Shown: positions 18,687 through 28,408 of the stretch, one piece after another
Numbering within the stretch: the first letter of the stretch is position 1
How the letters are laid out: each line of letters begins with the position of its first letter
NCBI GenBank assembly: GCA_963589675.1
Contig: CAVALL010000002.1
Coordinates: 2,067-66,066 of the forward strand
DNA from: Alistipes onderdonkii
GTDB taxonomy: Bacteria; Bacillota_I; Bacilli_A; RFN20; CAG-288
Reading direction: 5' to 3'
Length of the DNA stretch: 64,000 nt
The notes under the pieces: generated by a model
Told to the model about the DNA's origin: nothing
The model's input: only the letters and a program-made list of their open reading frames with translations
Databases searched by the model: none
Program-made: the position numbers and the translations under genes

Positions 18687-19283
18687 TTATTCAGCGACAG
18701 GGGCTGCAAGTCTTAATAAGGATTTGAATATCTGCTCCTCGGTGACTGTTTCGTTTTCTAGTACACTGAAATAAAGAGTAGATGCAAAGGCACCGGCGAA
18801 GAAATAAGCTGAAATCTTAGGATCAGCACGGGAAGTGAGGAAATGATCGTATTTCTTATCCAATTCCTCAAGAACCTCCTTGATGAACTTGGTGATATTC
18901 CAATAGAGACTCTTTGACTGATCCGCTTTGATCATCTTATCAATAGGAAGATTGCTTTCGTAGAAGGCGTGTACGACCTTCTCTAGGCAGGTGCGGAAGA
19001 ATATCTTCTTCAATGCGTGGACATAATGATCAAGATAAGGCTGTATCTTCTTCATCAATTCTGTTCTATAGCGTGTGAATAGGAAATTCAAAAGCTCATT
19101 CTTATCTTGAAAGTTATTGTAGAACGTATTCTTGGAAATCATTGCTTTGTCTGTGATGTCCTTTACGGATAATTCATCATAGTTCTTTTCTTGAAGCAGT
19201 TCCTCTAATGCGTTAGCTAAATCTCTTTTTGTTCTTCTGATTCTTGCGTCTTCTTTTTGACAATTTTCGACAGTGGATGACAT
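18687..19283 (-). CDS. TetR/AcrR family transcriptional regulator
   Basis: N-terminal HTH (ELSVKDITDKAMISKNTFYNNFQDKNELL). 198 aa. Divergent from the ABC operon. Confidence 0.75.
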   Translation of the reverse strand: MSSTVENCQKEDARIRRTKRDLANALEELLQEKNYDELSVKDITDKAMISKNTFYNNFQDKNELLNFLFTRYRTELMKKIQPYLDHYVHALKKIFFRTCLEKVVHAFYESNLPIDKMIKADQSKSLYWNITKFIKEVLEELDKKYDHFLTSRADPKISAYFFAGAFASTLYFSVLENETVTEEQIFKSLLRLAAPVAE

Positions 19284-19427
19284 TTTGTTTAACCTTTCTA
19301 TCCGAAGCAGAATTCTTTGAAAAAATATTGAACTTTTCTCTTGATATTTTACTCGTACACAATTATTATAACATGCGTTGAGTTATTGGACAAGTGTATC
19401 AATAACTCGAATGGAGGAAAAATTACA

Positions 19428-20351
19428 ATGGAACATGTCATTGAAATTAAAAATCTAACAAAAGACTATGGACAAGGACGTGGTGTCTTTGATGTTTCCT
19501 TCTTTGTTGACAAAGGAGAGGTCTTCGGCTTCTTAGGTCCGAATGGCGCTGGAAAATCAACGACGATCCGTCATTTGATGGGCTTCTCTGTTCCGGATAA
19601 AGGCGAAACCTTGATCAAGGGTGTGAATTCCTTGAAAGAGAGAGATGTGATTATGCAGGGTGTCTCTTATATCCCTGGTGAAATATCATTGCCTGAGAAT
19701 TTGAAAGGCAAGGAAGTCATTGAGGAGCAGATGAAGCTCAAAGGCGTGACGAATACGACATTTCTCGATTGGCTGAAAGAGACATTCGAATTGGATGACT
19801 CCTTATATTGTAAGGAAATGTCATTGGGTATGAAGAGAAAGATGGCAATTGTCTGCGCCTTCATGAATGATCCCGATGTCATCATCATGGACGAACCTTC
19901 CTCTGGCTTGGATCCTGAGATGCAGGAAAAGTTCGTCGAATTGATCCGACTAGAGAAGAATAGAGGAAAGACAATTCTCCTTTCATCCCATATCTTCTCG
20001 GAGGTCGATGCCTGTTGCGACAGAATCGCGGTCATCAAGGATGGAAAGATTGTCTCGCTCTTCATCGCAAACGAATTGAAGCATAAGACAATCAAAACTT
20101 ATCATGTCACCTATCCAAATGTAGATAGAAAAAATGAAGTGAAAGAGTTATTCGTCAATAGCGGATATCAGGTCGATGATTCGACAGTGGATGAGAAGCG
20201 TATCACAATCCATGTGTCTGAAGATAAGCTTCATGACTTCTTGACAATGCTTCCAAAGGACTTCACCGACTTCTCAGAGAAGAAAGAAACATTGGAAGAC
20301 TACTTCATGTCCTTCTATAAGGAAGACAGAGAATACGGAGGAATCAAATGA
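19428..20351 (+). CDS. ABC transporter ATP-binding protein (first of tandem pair)
   Basis: Start at MEHVIEIKNLTKDY after RBS GGAGG. Walker A GPNGAGKST, signature and Walker B motifs. ATGA overlap with the next gene. Confidence 0.8.
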   Translation: MEHVIEIKNLTKDYGQGRGVFDVSFFVDKGEVFGFLGPNGAGKSTTIRHLMGFSVPDKGETLIKGVNSLKERDVIMQGVSYIPGEISLPENLKGKEVIEEQMKLKGVTNTTFLDWLKETFELDDSLYCKEMSLGMKRKMAIVCAFMNDPDVIIMDEPSSGLDPEMQEKFVELIRLEKNRGKTILLSSHIFSEVDACCDRIAVIKDGKIVSLFIANELKHKTIKTYHVTYPNVDRKNEVKELFVNSGYQVDDSTVDEKRITIHVSEDKLHDFLTMLPKDFTDFSEKKETLEDYFMSFYKEDREYGGIK

Positions 20352-21271
20352 TGAGCGAAAACGAAAAGACAGTCATCTATGTTGACCATGTCACAAAAGA
20401 CTATGGTCAAGGCAGAGGAGACTTCGATATCACTCTTGATATCAAACAGGGTGAAACAATGGGTATCGTCGGTGAGAACGGTGCAGGTAAGACAACATTG
20501 ATCCGACAGATGATGGGATTCATCAAGCCCGACAAAGGCCATATCAATATCTATAACCTTGATGCCTACAAGGATAGCGCCAATACGAAACAGTATATCG
20601 GATACATTCCTGGTGAAATCAATTTCCCAGATGTAAAGACAGGTACTGAATTCCTACATTCCTATGGAGAAAGCTTAGGAATGAAGAAAGAAAACTTCGC
20701 CTACGCTGATGAAATCATCAAGAGAATGCAGCTCGATATCCGCGCCTATCCTAGAAGAATGAGTAAAGGTATGAAGCAGAAGACGGCCATTGTCTCAGCC
20801 TTCATGCTCAAAGCACCTATCATCATCATGGATGAGCCGACAACCGGTCTTGATCCTCTGATGAGAGATGAGCTTCTCACTCTTGTAGAGGAACAAAAAC
20901 AAAGAGGTGCGACAATGTTCATCTCCTCTAACACGATTGAGGAATTGGAACGTGTCTGTGATCGTGTCGCTTTGATCTCACAGGGCCATATCGTCGATAT
21001 CGCCAATGTGAAAGACATCAAGAATCGATACTTCCGTGATTTCAAAATTGAATTCAACAATGAAGAACAGTATGTCAATTTCCTCAAAGGAAGAGATGAC
21101 ATCATCCGTGTTCAGCCCGAATTCAATCAGGTCACCTTGCGTGTCGATAGAAAATGTGTTGATCTTCTTCTTGATGATCTCAGCAAGATGGATGTCAAAT
21201 ACATATCTGAAGTCAAATACAATCTTGCGAATTACTTCAATGATATTCGCAAGTCCAAGAAAGGGGTGTAA
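20348..21271 (+). CDS. ABC transporter ATP-binding protein (second of tandem pair)
   Basis: Walker A GENGAGKTT. Paralogous to the preceding gene. Confidence 0.8.
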   Translation: MMSENEKTVIYVDHVTKDYGQGRGDFDITLDIKQGETMGIVGENGAGKTTLIRQMMGFIKPDKGHINIYNLDAYKDSANTKQYIGYIPGEINFPDVKTGTEFLHSYGESLGMKKENFAYADEIIKRMQLDIRAYPRRMSKGMKQKTAIVSAFMLKAPIIIMDEPTTGLDPLMRDELLTLVEEQKQRGATMFISSNTIEELERVCDRVALISQGHIVDIANVKDIKNRYFRDFKIEFNNEEQYVNFLKGRDDIIRVQPEFNQVTLRVDRKCVDLLLDDLSKMDVKYISEVKYNLANYFNDIRKSKKGV

Positions 21272-21273
21272 CT

Positions 21274-23658
21274 ATGTTAACTAGAGATGATTTGCTTCTT
21301 GAAGGAGTTGAACTTCCAAAAGAAGATAAAAAGATCGAGATGGCTCTTCCGCCATCCTTGAATGGTCAGTCTAAGACCGGAAAAGAGCATAAGAGAATCT
21401 TCTCACCAGCTTTGTTCAAAGAGTCTTTACGTTCGAATCGTGTCGGTTTGACTGTTGTTTCCATCGCCAACGCTCTCATCATGGTCATCATCATCATCAT
21501 CCTTTCCACATTGAACATCAATTCCACAAGCGATGCCTTGAAGGATCTATTCAGCAACGCGGATACTGAGACGACCATCAAGACCGGTGCAATCTCCTTC
21601 TACTCCACATTCAGCAATTCCGCTGATGCCTACCTCACCTTCGAAGATTCTAAGAGCACATTGGTCACAACGACTGAATCTGCAATCAATATGGTCAGCG
21701 ATTCTGACACACAGAATCAGATCAAATCAGCTAAGCTCATTTATGATGCAACTTACCGCCTTTCTTCTGGAACTGAGGATGAAAAGAATGCCTCTGCCAA
21801 AACAACGACAATGACTGCTGTTCAGGCTATCTTGAACAACGATAATACGAAGACAGAGGATGAGAAGAAGGTTGCCTTAAAAGCTATCTCCTACTACTTC
21901 GATATCTATGCCAATGATAAGTCTGCTTCGACTGAAACCATTTTGAAACAGGCCATCCCGCTTACGATCACAGATGTCATCAGCGAACAACAATCTCTTG
22001 ATGATGATAAGAAAGCGGAAGTCAAGACAATCTACCAGAATGCCTTCAATCGTGTCTTTGACAATAAGGAAGATAAGACAAAGGTTTCCTTCGAGACTTC
22101 CCTCGATGTCATGAAGACTCTTGCTACTGGAATTCAGACTGATTTTGTCAATAATGCTGTTGATCTTCTTCTCGCTAAGTACAATGAAAATCAGGACGCT
22201 TATTTTGCTGATTCTAGCATTGAGAAGAATACTCTCTCCACTGCGATTCAGGACTATGTTCTTTCTACCGTGAAGGAATTCGCTTACTATCAGTATCTCC
22301 CAGATTTCACTGTCGAATATGTCACTAGCGATAGAGGATATCCTGTCCGTTATGTCTCTACTGGCAAATATGCCGATAACGGAAATGAGATCATGCAGGA
22401 GATTGAAATCAAATCCTATAATCCTACTCTCTATACCAAGGTGAAAGGTGACATGGGTGCTAAAGCCAATATGCTTGAGAAGATGCACAAAGATGTCATT
22501 ACCGGTGAAGGCTATACAGATAAAGAAATCGAAGATGCCAAGAAAGAGGCCGATGAGAATCTCGAGACGGTCGAGACTGAACTCGCTTCCTTCATGAAGG
22601 ATTTCCTCACTGTCGATAAGGATAATAAGAATGACTATTATGATGGCACTTCCATCAATCAGGAAAATCTTGCGAAACGCGTCTCCAATATTGTCACTAG
22701 CATGGCTGAAACACAGCTCATCGATAAATACAACGAGTCACATGATGTCAAGATTTCCTCCGTTGAAGAGATCACAAAACAGAATTACAGCATGTCCGGT
22801 GCTGAGATGCTCAACACAGTCAGCGGATATGTAGATAGCGGTATTGCTTCTTACAAGAGTTATCTTACCTCTTGCAAGAACAAAGGCTATTCCGATATGG
22901 ATAGCTTGATGGTTGCCACTGTCAAAGGTAGCACTGGTGTCATGAGTCAGCTTCCTGGCAAAGTCAGTGATTCTTTGACTGAGATGGGCAACATGAATAC
23001 CTATGGTATTATGGTCGGTGTTGTCGGCTTTGGTATCGCGGCATTGTTGATCCCGATGGTCTATACGATCATGACGGCCAACAATCTTGTTGCAAACAAA
23101 GTCGAGACTGGTTCTCTTGCCTTCACTCTTTCCACTCCTATCCGTCGTATCTCCTTCGTCTTCACAGAAGCTTGCTACCTCATCTTCACCGAACTTGTCA
23201 TGGGTGCCGCTTTGACTATTGTCTCTGTCATTACTCAGATGCTCGGTGTTGCATGCGGTGGAACCGACTTGCTTACATCCTTGCCGATACACGATATCTG
23301 CTTCTATGCCTTAGGCAACTTCTGTGTCACACTTGCTGTCTCTGGTATCTGCTTCTTCGCATCCTGCTTCTTCAACAAGTCTTCTCAGGCTATTGCCTGC
23401 GGCGGCGGTATCACTATTGCATTCTTCATCTTCTCCATCCTCGGTCTATTCGGAACTCCGGCTATTCCTGGAACAGTCAGAATCGAAGCTATGAATTACT
23501 TCAACTACTTCACAATCGATTCTCTCTTCGATGCTATGGCTGTCATGAACAACGATTGGCTCACCTATGGATTGAAGCTGATGGGTCTTGTCATTATCAC
23601 ACTTGCTACCTATGTTGTCGGTATGGGAAGATTCACCAAGAAGGATTTACCACTCTAA
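21274..23658 (+). CDS. ABC-2-type permease with one N-terminal TM, a ~500-aa low-complexity extracellular domain and a C-terminal TM bundle (YhgE/Pip-like topology)
   Basis: 794 aa. TM1 around aa 60-85, then a D/K/E/T/S-rich region without hydrophobic stretches, then ~5-6 TM segments in the last ~230 aa. Immediately follows the two ATPase genes. Confidence 0.6.
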   Translation: MLTRDDLLLEGVELPKEDKKIEMALPPSLNGQSKTGKEHKRIFSPALFKESLRSNRVGLTVVSIANALIMVIIIIILSTLNINSTSDALKDLFSNADTETTIKTGAISFYSTFSNSADAYLTFEDSKSTLVTTTESAINMVSDSDTQNQIKSAKLIYDATYRLSSGTEDEKNASAKTTTMTAVQAILNNDNTKTEDEKKVALKAISYYFDIYANDKSASTETILKQAIPLTITDVISEQQSLDDDKKAEVKTIYQNAFNRVFDNKEDKTKVSFETSLDVMKTLATGIQTDFVNNAVDLLLAKYNENQDAYFADSSIEKNTLSTAIQDYVLSTVKEFAYYQYLPDFTVEYVTSDRGYPVRYVSTGKYADNGNEIMQEIEIKSYNPTLYTKVKGDMGAKANMLEKMHKDVITGEGYTDKEIEDAKKEADENLETVETELASFMKDFLTVDKDNKNDYYDGTSINQENLAKRVSNIVTSMAETQLIDKYNESHDVKISSVEEITKQNYSMSGAEMLNTVSGYVDSGIASYKSYLTSCKNKGYSDMDSLMVATVKGSTGVMSQLPGKVSDSLTEMGNMNTYGIMVGVVGFGIAALLIPMVYTIMTANNLVANKVETGSLAFTLSTPIRRISFVFTEACYLIFTELVMGAALTIVSVITQMLGVACGGTDLLTSLPIHDICFYALGNFCVTLAVSGICFFASCFFNKSSQAIACGGGITIAFFIFSILGLFGTPAIPGTVRIEAMNYFNYFTIDSLFDAMAVMNNDWLTYGLKLMGLVIITLATYVVGMGRFTKKDLPL

Positions 23659-23671
23659 ATTCTATCGATAT

Positions 23672-23706
23672 GACGGAAGCGGACAAAACCGCTTCCGTTT
23701 TTCTTT
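23672..23706 (+). terminator. rho-independent terminator after the ABC permease gene
   Basis: acggaagcggacaaaaccgcttccgtttttcttt. Confidence 0.7.
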
Positions 23707-23768
23707 GCTCACTAAAACCGCCTTCTCATTCTTTCGAACATGGATATATATCTTCTTGAGGACACAAC

Positions 23769-24353
23769 ATGATCGATAACACGAAGAAGACGTTTTCCGA
23801 TATGAGAGTACTTGAGGAGGCACTAAAAGATATTTCGTTTCTAGAGGAGATATTGCGGATATTTCTATTTGATGAATCCATAACACTTATAAAATGTGAA
23901 GAAGATAAACTGATTTCAGTTGAAGAGAACATTGTATTTTCCTATGACTTTGTTGCTTTTGGAAAAGAAAAAGGCATCTATGGAATCTGTTTGCTTGATC
24001 ATTATGATGATGAGATGAGAAATGATTTTCTTTTCCTTCATAGTTTATTGAGAAATACATATGACAAAGAGAATTTTAGGAATGATATTTATACGTTATG
24101 TCTTTGCAAAACAGAAGAAGATAACAGACAGCCTTACTACATTCCAGAGATAGATTTGGTTGAGATGTTTGGCAAATATGATTTCATCGATAAAGGAATT
24201 CGTTTCTTTCTGTTTCAGAAGATGGATAGGCCTACCTCGATGTTAGAATCTGTATTGAATGACTTCGCCTGCAAAGAAATATCAAAGATTCAAAATAATT
24301 TCATACGTGAAAAATTAGAATGGACGCTTTGGGAGATGAAAAACAGCAAGTAG
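23769..24353 (+). CDS. hypothetical cytoplasmic protein
   Basis: 194-aa intact ORF, no recognisable motifs. Confidence 0.4.
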   Translation: MIDNTKKTFSDMRVLEEALKDISFLEEILRIFLFDESITLIKCEEDKLISVEENIVFSYDFVAFGKEKGIYGICLLDHYDDEMRNDFLFLHSLLRNTYDKENFRNDIYTLCLCKTEEDNRQPYYIPEIDLVEMFGKYDFIDKGIRFFLFQKMDRPTSMLESVLNDFACKEISKIQNNFIREKLEWTLWEMKNSK

Positions 24354-24508
24354 AGGACAAATAACGATTTGAAATCAAGGCTTGAATTGGATTATATACC
24401 AACGCATTCATTCGCTTTATCATTCAAAAATTAGTTTATGAAAGCGCTTCCATTGAAATGCGATTAACTCTCATTTTCGATATACTTAATTGAAAGAGAG
24501 ATTACATC

Positions 24509-26584
24509 ATGAAATCACGTAAGTCTAGACGATTGAGTGTTGTGGCTTTAGCCATTGTTTCTTTGTTGGCTGTTGGTTGCTCAAAGGATGATTCTTCTGT
24601 TTCTTCTTCTTCTTCTTCTTCTTCTTCATTTAACACTGAAAACAGTGCAACATCCGAAACAAAGAAGGAAGTCGTTCTGAATGTTTCGGACGCTGTTGAC
24701 ATCGCTAAGCTCGGTGAGGAAAAAGAGTACACGGTCCGTGGAGAAATCAAATCCTTCCAAAGCTATTATTATGGTCAGCTCACTTTGACCGATGGAACGA
24801 ATGATCTTCCTGTCTATGGCTGCTATGCTCTTGCTGCTGATGGTTCCCAGATCTATTTCGATGACATGGAATATATTCCGGTCGTTGGAGATACCATCAC
24901 TGTCAAAGGTGTTTTGAAGACTTATAAGGGTGAAGCTGAATTAGGAAAGTCCGTCATTGAGAAGATTGAACAGGCTGAGCGTAAACCGGTTGATACGACT
25001 GGATACACTGAGATGTCCATTAAGGATATGAGAAGTGCAGCAGTCGGAACTAAGGTTAAGATCTCCGGTGTTGTCGCTAAGAAAACACATACTCAGAAGA
25101 TGAACTACAATGGCTTCCTCATCGTTGATGAGACAGGTTCCACATTCGTATATGGAGGTGCAACCACTGTCCAGGTCAAGGAAGGAAATCTTGTCACAGT
25201 CATTGGCGAAGTCGATCATTTCATTGCATCCAGTGAAGTCTCTGCCGCTGAGAAGATTGGTTATCAGGGCGCCATCCAGGTTAGTAATGTCTCCTTGGTT
25301 TCCAATGATAATGAGAAACATGAATTCTCCAAAGAAGGCATCAAAGATACTACTGTCAAGAGCATTCTCGATGTCGATGTCAAGGATGAGAACATCACCG
25401 GAAACATTTATCACGTCAATGCCATTATCAACAAGTCTGAAACAGATAGTATCTTAAACTATTATATTGATGACTTGGATAACAAGACTGGTTCTTATGT
25501 CTATACTGCCAACAACAATTCTGACTTCTCCTATCTTGAGGAATATGTCGGCAAGGTTGTTGACCTCTATGTCTCTCCTATTAACTGCAAGTCTACGTCT
25601 ACCGGTGCTATCTATCGTTTCGTCCCTGTTTCTATCACCGCATTGGATGATTATGAATTCGATATGAATCTTGCTCCGAAGTTTGTCATGGATTACATTG
25701 CCTTGCCTCAGTTTGAGACAACATATGCCGGCGATCCGAATATGGAAGTTGTCACTTCCTACTCTTCTGATCTCGTTCATATGAGTGAAGTCAAAGTCAG
25801 CTACACTTCTTCTAATACCGACTTAGCTTATTTCGAAGAGAAGGATGGAAAGACCTATTTCCATATCAATAAGGTTGCTGATACGACTTCCAATATTGTC
25901 ATCGTTGCAAAGTATGGTGATGTCTCTGTCAGTGAATCTGTCACAGTAAAATATGAAAATGTCGCTGATGGTGCTATCTCAGTCAAGGATGCTATCGATA
26001 CTGAAGTCGGTACTGAAATAAAGGTCCGTGGCATTGTTGCCGCTAAGACCACTGCTAAGATTGGTGTCTATCTTATCGATGAGACTGGCGTCATGTCTTG
26101 CTTGTTATCAGGCGATAAAGAACTTGACAAATTGAACAATGGTGATGAGGTTGTTCTCTCTGGAAAGAGAAATGTCTTCAAAGAACATCAGATTATTCTT
26201 GATGGATCTACAGTCCTCGGTGTCCTTTCTACAGGAAACACCTATTCCACGGCTAGCTTTGAAGAAAAGACTATCCCTCAGATTGTTGAAGGATATACAG
26301 ATGCTGATACAGCTAAGGTCTACAATACTTCTGCATATGTCTTTAAGAAAATGGGGCAATATCCTCAGATTTATTTCTACGAAAATGAAGCTGCTTCAAC
26401 AAGCGAAGAAAGTATTTCATTAGTTATGTTTACGAGCAACAGCTCTCATTATGCATTCTTAGAAGAATTTGTCGGAAAACAGGTTACGATGGAAGTTGCC
26501 GTTGTCAATTGGAACAACAAGGTCAAATGCTGTCCTATCTCATTAAGTGATGGAACAAAGACTATTGTCAATCCTGTTCATTAA
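24509..26584 (+). CDS. large surface lipoprotein with poly-Ser linker and at least three repeated OB-fold-like units
   Basis: Lipobox LLAVGCSK. (TCT)n-encoded SSVSSSSSSSSSF linker at nt 24589-24630. Repeated segments VRGEIKSF..GQLTLTDGT, VKISGVVAKK..GFLIVDETG and IKVRGIVAAK..GVYLIDETG resemble YhcR/tRNA-anti-type OB folds of extracellular nucleic-acid-binding proteins. Confidence 0.5.
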   Translation: MKSRKSRRLSVVALAIVSLLAVGCSKDDSSVSSSSSSSSSFNTENSATSETKKEVVLNVSDAVDIAKLGEEKEYTVRGEIKSFQSYYYGQLTLTDGTNDLPVYGCYALAADGSQIYFDDMEYIPVVGDTITVKGVLKTYKGEAELGKSVIEKIEQAERKPVDTTGYTEMSIKDMRSAAVGTKVKISGVVAKKTHTQKMNYNGFLIVDETGSTFVYGGATTVQVKEGNLVTVIGEVDHFIASSEVSAAEKIGYQGAIQVSNVSLVSNDNEKHEFSKEGIKDTTVKSILDVDVKDENITGNIYHVNAIINKSETDSILNYYIDDLDNKTGSYVYTANNNSDFSYLEEYVGKVVDLYVSPINCKSTSTGAIYRFVPVSITALDDYEFDMNLAPKFVMDYIALPQFETTYAGDPNMEVVTSYSSDLVHMSEVKVSYTSSNTDLAYFEEKDGKTYFHINKVADTTSNIVIVAKYGDVSVSESVTVKYENVADGAISVKDAIDTEVGTEIKVRGIVAAKTTAKIGVYLIDETGVMSCLLSGDKELDKLNNGDEVVLSGKRNVFKEHQIILDGSTVLGVLSTGNTYSTASFEEKTIPQIVEGYTDADTAKVYNTSAYVFKKMGQYPQIYFYENEAASTSEESISLVMFTSNSSHYAFLEEFVGKQVTMEVAVVNWNNKVKCCPISLSDGTKTIVNPVH

Positions 26585-26602
26585 TCCTAATCGTTGAAAA
26601 TT

Positions 26603-26672
26603 AGCCATCATCTGTAACAAGGTGATGGCTTTTCAGTTACAGAAAAAGCTAGCTCGAAAGCTAGCTTTTATT
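26603..26672. terminator. two consecutive hairpin terminators between convergent lipoprotein genes
   Basis: agccatcatctgtaacaaggtgatggctttt and aaaaagctagctcgaaagctagctttta. Confidence 0.65.
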
Positions 26673-26695
26673 GGTTAATGAATGTGTTAAGAATT

Positions 26696-27802
26696 TTACT
26701 CAGCGGTTTTGATTGTTGCTGCTGTATAGGCGGAAGTGTCGACGGTCGGGAACTTGACATCACTTCCTTTGAGGAACTCAAACTTGAGACCAAAGGAAAC
26801 GGTTCCGTTATATGTCATTTTATAACCATAACCATAAACATCTGTGGTACCAGTTTCAATCGTCATGGATAGACCTAAGGAAGCGTCAATACCGAAGGAG
26901 ACAAATCCAGATTCATTGAAGATGAGAGCATAGTTGAAGGCGGAGTCAGCACTGTAGTTGTAATTGTAAGAAGAGGTTGGGATGATAGATTCAGAAGTAT
27001 CGCTATCGTCATCCTTCTTCTTGTTGAGTTCGGTTGCGGAAATCTTTCCACTATAGGAATAACCGGCCTTACCATGATCTTTGAATTCACCATCATCCGG
27101 TAAAGATTCATAGAATTCTTCATAATTCTCATCGAACTTCTCTGCGTCTGTGCTATCGACAATAGGGAAACTTTCGTCCTTTAAGTTAAGAGCAAATTTT
27201 GCTTTTCCACTTGCTGGAAGCAGAGCGGAATTTGTGCCTAAGAGAGTGGAGACAAGAGAGTAGACCTGTTTATTGGATAAGTCAAGATAGAGATTGTTTT
27301 CAAGGAGATTGGCAGAGACTGCATAATCGCCTTTGAATTCCATATTGGTGGAAGGAGCAATGGAAGCATCAGCGACGGCTGTAGGCATTGTGATCTGATT
27401 GTTGTAGGTGGTGTTATAGTTTCCAGTGACATTGATGGAAGCGGAAAGGGTTGCAGTCAAATCATTTGCCTTTGTACCGGTTAAGCCTTTGATGCCGAAG
27501 TTGAATGTGCCATTCTTGGCTTCAACCTTAGAAGAGATTGTAGCGATAGACTGATTTGCGACTGTGAGAGAACCATCAAGTGTTTCACTGAAATGAGCAT
27601 CTTTGACGGAGAAACCGAATGCATCGGATTCATCTTTGGAATCGACTTCGCTCTTTACGGCAGCCTTAAGCTTTTCTTTTCCGACTGTTCTATCGATAGC
27701 GGTTCCGTTGTTTGGAAGCTTGGTTTCGTTTCCTGCATTTCCACCGCAAGATGTGATCAGAAGCGGAAGAAATAATAATGAGATTAAACTTTTCTTTTTC
27801 AT
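26696..27802 (-). CDS. hypothetical lipoprotein
   Basis: Lipobox LLITSCGG. 368 aa, Ser/Thr/Asn-rich. Confidence 0.55.
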   Translation of the reverse strand: MKKKSLISLLFLPLLITSCGGNAGNETKLPNNGTAIDRTVGKEKLKAAVKSEVDSKDESDAFGFSVKDAHFSETLDGSLTVANQSIATISSKVEAKNGTFNFGIKGLTGTKANDLTATLSASINVTGNYNTTYNNQITMPTAVADASIAPSTNMEFKGDYAVSANLLENNLYLDLSNKQVYSLVSTLLGTNSALLPASGKAKFALNLKDESFPIVDSTDAEKFDENYEEFYESLPDDGEFKDHGKAGYSYSGKISATELNKKKDDDSDTSESIIPTSSYNYNYSADSAFNYALIFNESGFVSFGIDASLGLSMTIETGTTDVYGYGYKMTYNGTVSFGLKFEFLKGSDVKFPTVDTSAYTAATIKTAE

Positions 27803-27938
27803 AGGATTGTCCTCCTGTTCCTACATAGTAAATTATAATTCGAAGAATAGAAAAAGTCAAAAAAGAAGGCTTCTAGAACACTTCTTATACATATGTTGTT
27901 ATCTTTATCCACTTTTATTAAACAAAATAGGATTTATT

Positions 27939-27957
27939 GTCGAATGTTCGACAATAT
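27939..27957. promoter_or_regulatory. perfect palindrome TTGTCGAA-tg-TTCGACAA ~140 bp upstream of the 368-aa lipoprotein gene; candidate operator
   Basis: 8-bp perfect inverted repeat with a 2-bp spacer in an AT-rich intergenic region. Confidence 0.35.
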
Positions 27958-28035
27958 TTGTGTCTTACTACTTTAAGAAAACTTTAAAGTTGTTTTATTG
28001 AAACGCTAAAGAAGCGCTAAAGGAGTCGAACTTTG

Positions 28036-28407
28036 TCATTTGTTGATTCTTCCATTTATTATGGTAAGGATTTCATCATTATCAATGCCTAAGGATTTTA
28101 GATAATCTATCTGCTTAATTATTGTATTTTCGGCTATTTTCTTCTTGATGATCTTGATCTGCTCTTCGCTCATTTCGCTGACATAGAAGCCTTTTCCAGG
28201 AAAGGAGTATACAAAGCCATCCTGTTCTAAATCTTCGTATGCTTTTTTGACGGTGATAACAGAAACATTCAGGTCACATGCTAGTTGTCTTATGGATGGT
28301 AGAAGAGTGTTCTGCTCGACTTTTCCATTCAGTATCTCGGTTTTGATGCTTTCCTCTATCTGTCTGTATATTGGAAGATCTGATGTAGGTGTGATTAGTA
28401 TATCCAT
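28036..28407 (-). CDS. GntR-family (YtrA-like) transcriptional regulator
   Basis: 123 aa. HTH LPSIRQLACDLNVSVITVKKAYEDLEQDG. Small size typical of the YtrA subfamily. Confidence 0.75.
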   Translation of the reverse strand: MDILITPTSDLPIYRQIEESIKTEILNGKVEQNTLLPSIRQLACDLNVSVITVKKAYEDLEQDGFVYSFPGKGFYVSEMSEEQIKIIKKKIAENTIIKQIDYLKSLGIDNDEILTIINGRINK

Positions 28408-28408
28408 A

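Noticed and set aside
21877-23759. Long antisense or out-of-frame ORFs (203 aa minus strand, 184 aa minus strand, 195-aa Cys/His-rich plus strand) overlapping the ABC permease gene
   Set aside because: The permease frame has a coherent TM topology and is coupled to the ATPase genes. The others lack RBS and have skewed composition (Cys/His/Arg-rich from an off-frame reading).
24589-24630. (TCT)n repeat considered as a CRISPR-like array or phase-variation switch
   Set aside because: It is a pure in-frame trinucleotide repeat inside a lipoprotein gene, encoding poly-Ser. Length changes would not shift the frame. No CRISPR repeat-spacer structure exists anywhere in the window.
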